DNA of 57,705 nucleotides, the filler included, from Sphacelaria rigidula (taxonomy: Eukaryota): the NCBI GenBank assembly GCA_964200075.2. It is 9 parts of 9 records of this genome, joined end to end, with 100 filler letters (N's around TTAATTAATTAA, not from the genome) between each part and the next. Parts side by side here need not be neighbours in the genome. Positions count along the whole stretch, not along the records: positions 51,384 to 57,705 come from CAXNAA020020792.1; 8 more parts are not named here. One strand, written 5' to 3'. Below are positions 57,301-57,705 of the stretch, in pieces (positions within the stretch are counted from its first letter, which is position 1; each line of letters begins with the position of its first letter). The notes under the pieces were generated by a model. The model did no database searches. It worked only from the letters and a program-made list of their open reading frames with translations, and was not told the DNA's origin. The position numbers and the translations under genes are program-made.

Positions 57301-57705
57301 AATATTTGTCAACAGGATGAAAAAAAACTCCAGATGCCCATTTTTTGGCATCCAAAAGTCACTGTGATGAGCGGTGGCAAGCGAAACAAGTTTGAAAAAT
57401 CTTCGAGAAACTAAGGCCAACTCTTATGGGAGCGTTTAGAATTTTATTTTGCAATAATTTTGAACGATTTTTTTTTCTTTGCCGCAGTTGTGTATTTTGT
57501 GCCCGTTCGGCACAGCAAACATACATGGGGATAATTTTGTAGTAAATAAAATTATTTGCGCGAAGCGCGATCATGTCCGAGCGTTCAAGATCGGCACCCT
57601 GCACGGGCTGAGGGCCTTAACCTGCAACAGGGCCCGTTTAAAATCAGCCGAGGAACGAAAACATGAAACATGTCTTGTTTCACTGTACTGCAGCACAAAC
57701 ACACT

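Overview
Eukaryotic, intron-rich and transposon-rich DNA. A brown alga (Phaeophyceae) is my inference from gene structure and repeat style, not a proven assignment. The window is not one locus. It is nine segments of 6323 or 6322 bp joined by identical 100-nt linkers (N44-TTAATTAATTAA-N44), which looks like length-sorted, unrelated contigs, so no synteny should be read across linkers. Host gene fragments: the last four exons of a probable DDT/WHIM-type chromatin-remodelling accessory protein (530-5907, minus), two exons of cohesin RAD21/SCC1 (22469-24617, plus), one FKBP-type exon (31052-31343, minus) and one aldehyde dehydrogenase exon (50850-50936, plus). Mobile DNA dominates. It includes a decayed LINE interrupted by a Ty1/copia element, a near-complete copia element with a half-tRNA-type primer site and an unexplained 3' reading frame, and a Ty3/gypsy pol whose integrase ends in a chromo-like domain plus a Tudor-like module. 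There is also a long low-complexity ORF behind a putative LTR/PBS, a tRNA-derived SINE family, TTAA-flanked piggyBac-type MITEs and palindromic MITEs. No CRISPR array, rRNA or prokaryotic operon was seen. The best novelty candidates are the gypsy chromo+Tudor-like tail and the copia 3' ORF. Both are inferences that need profile or structure searches.
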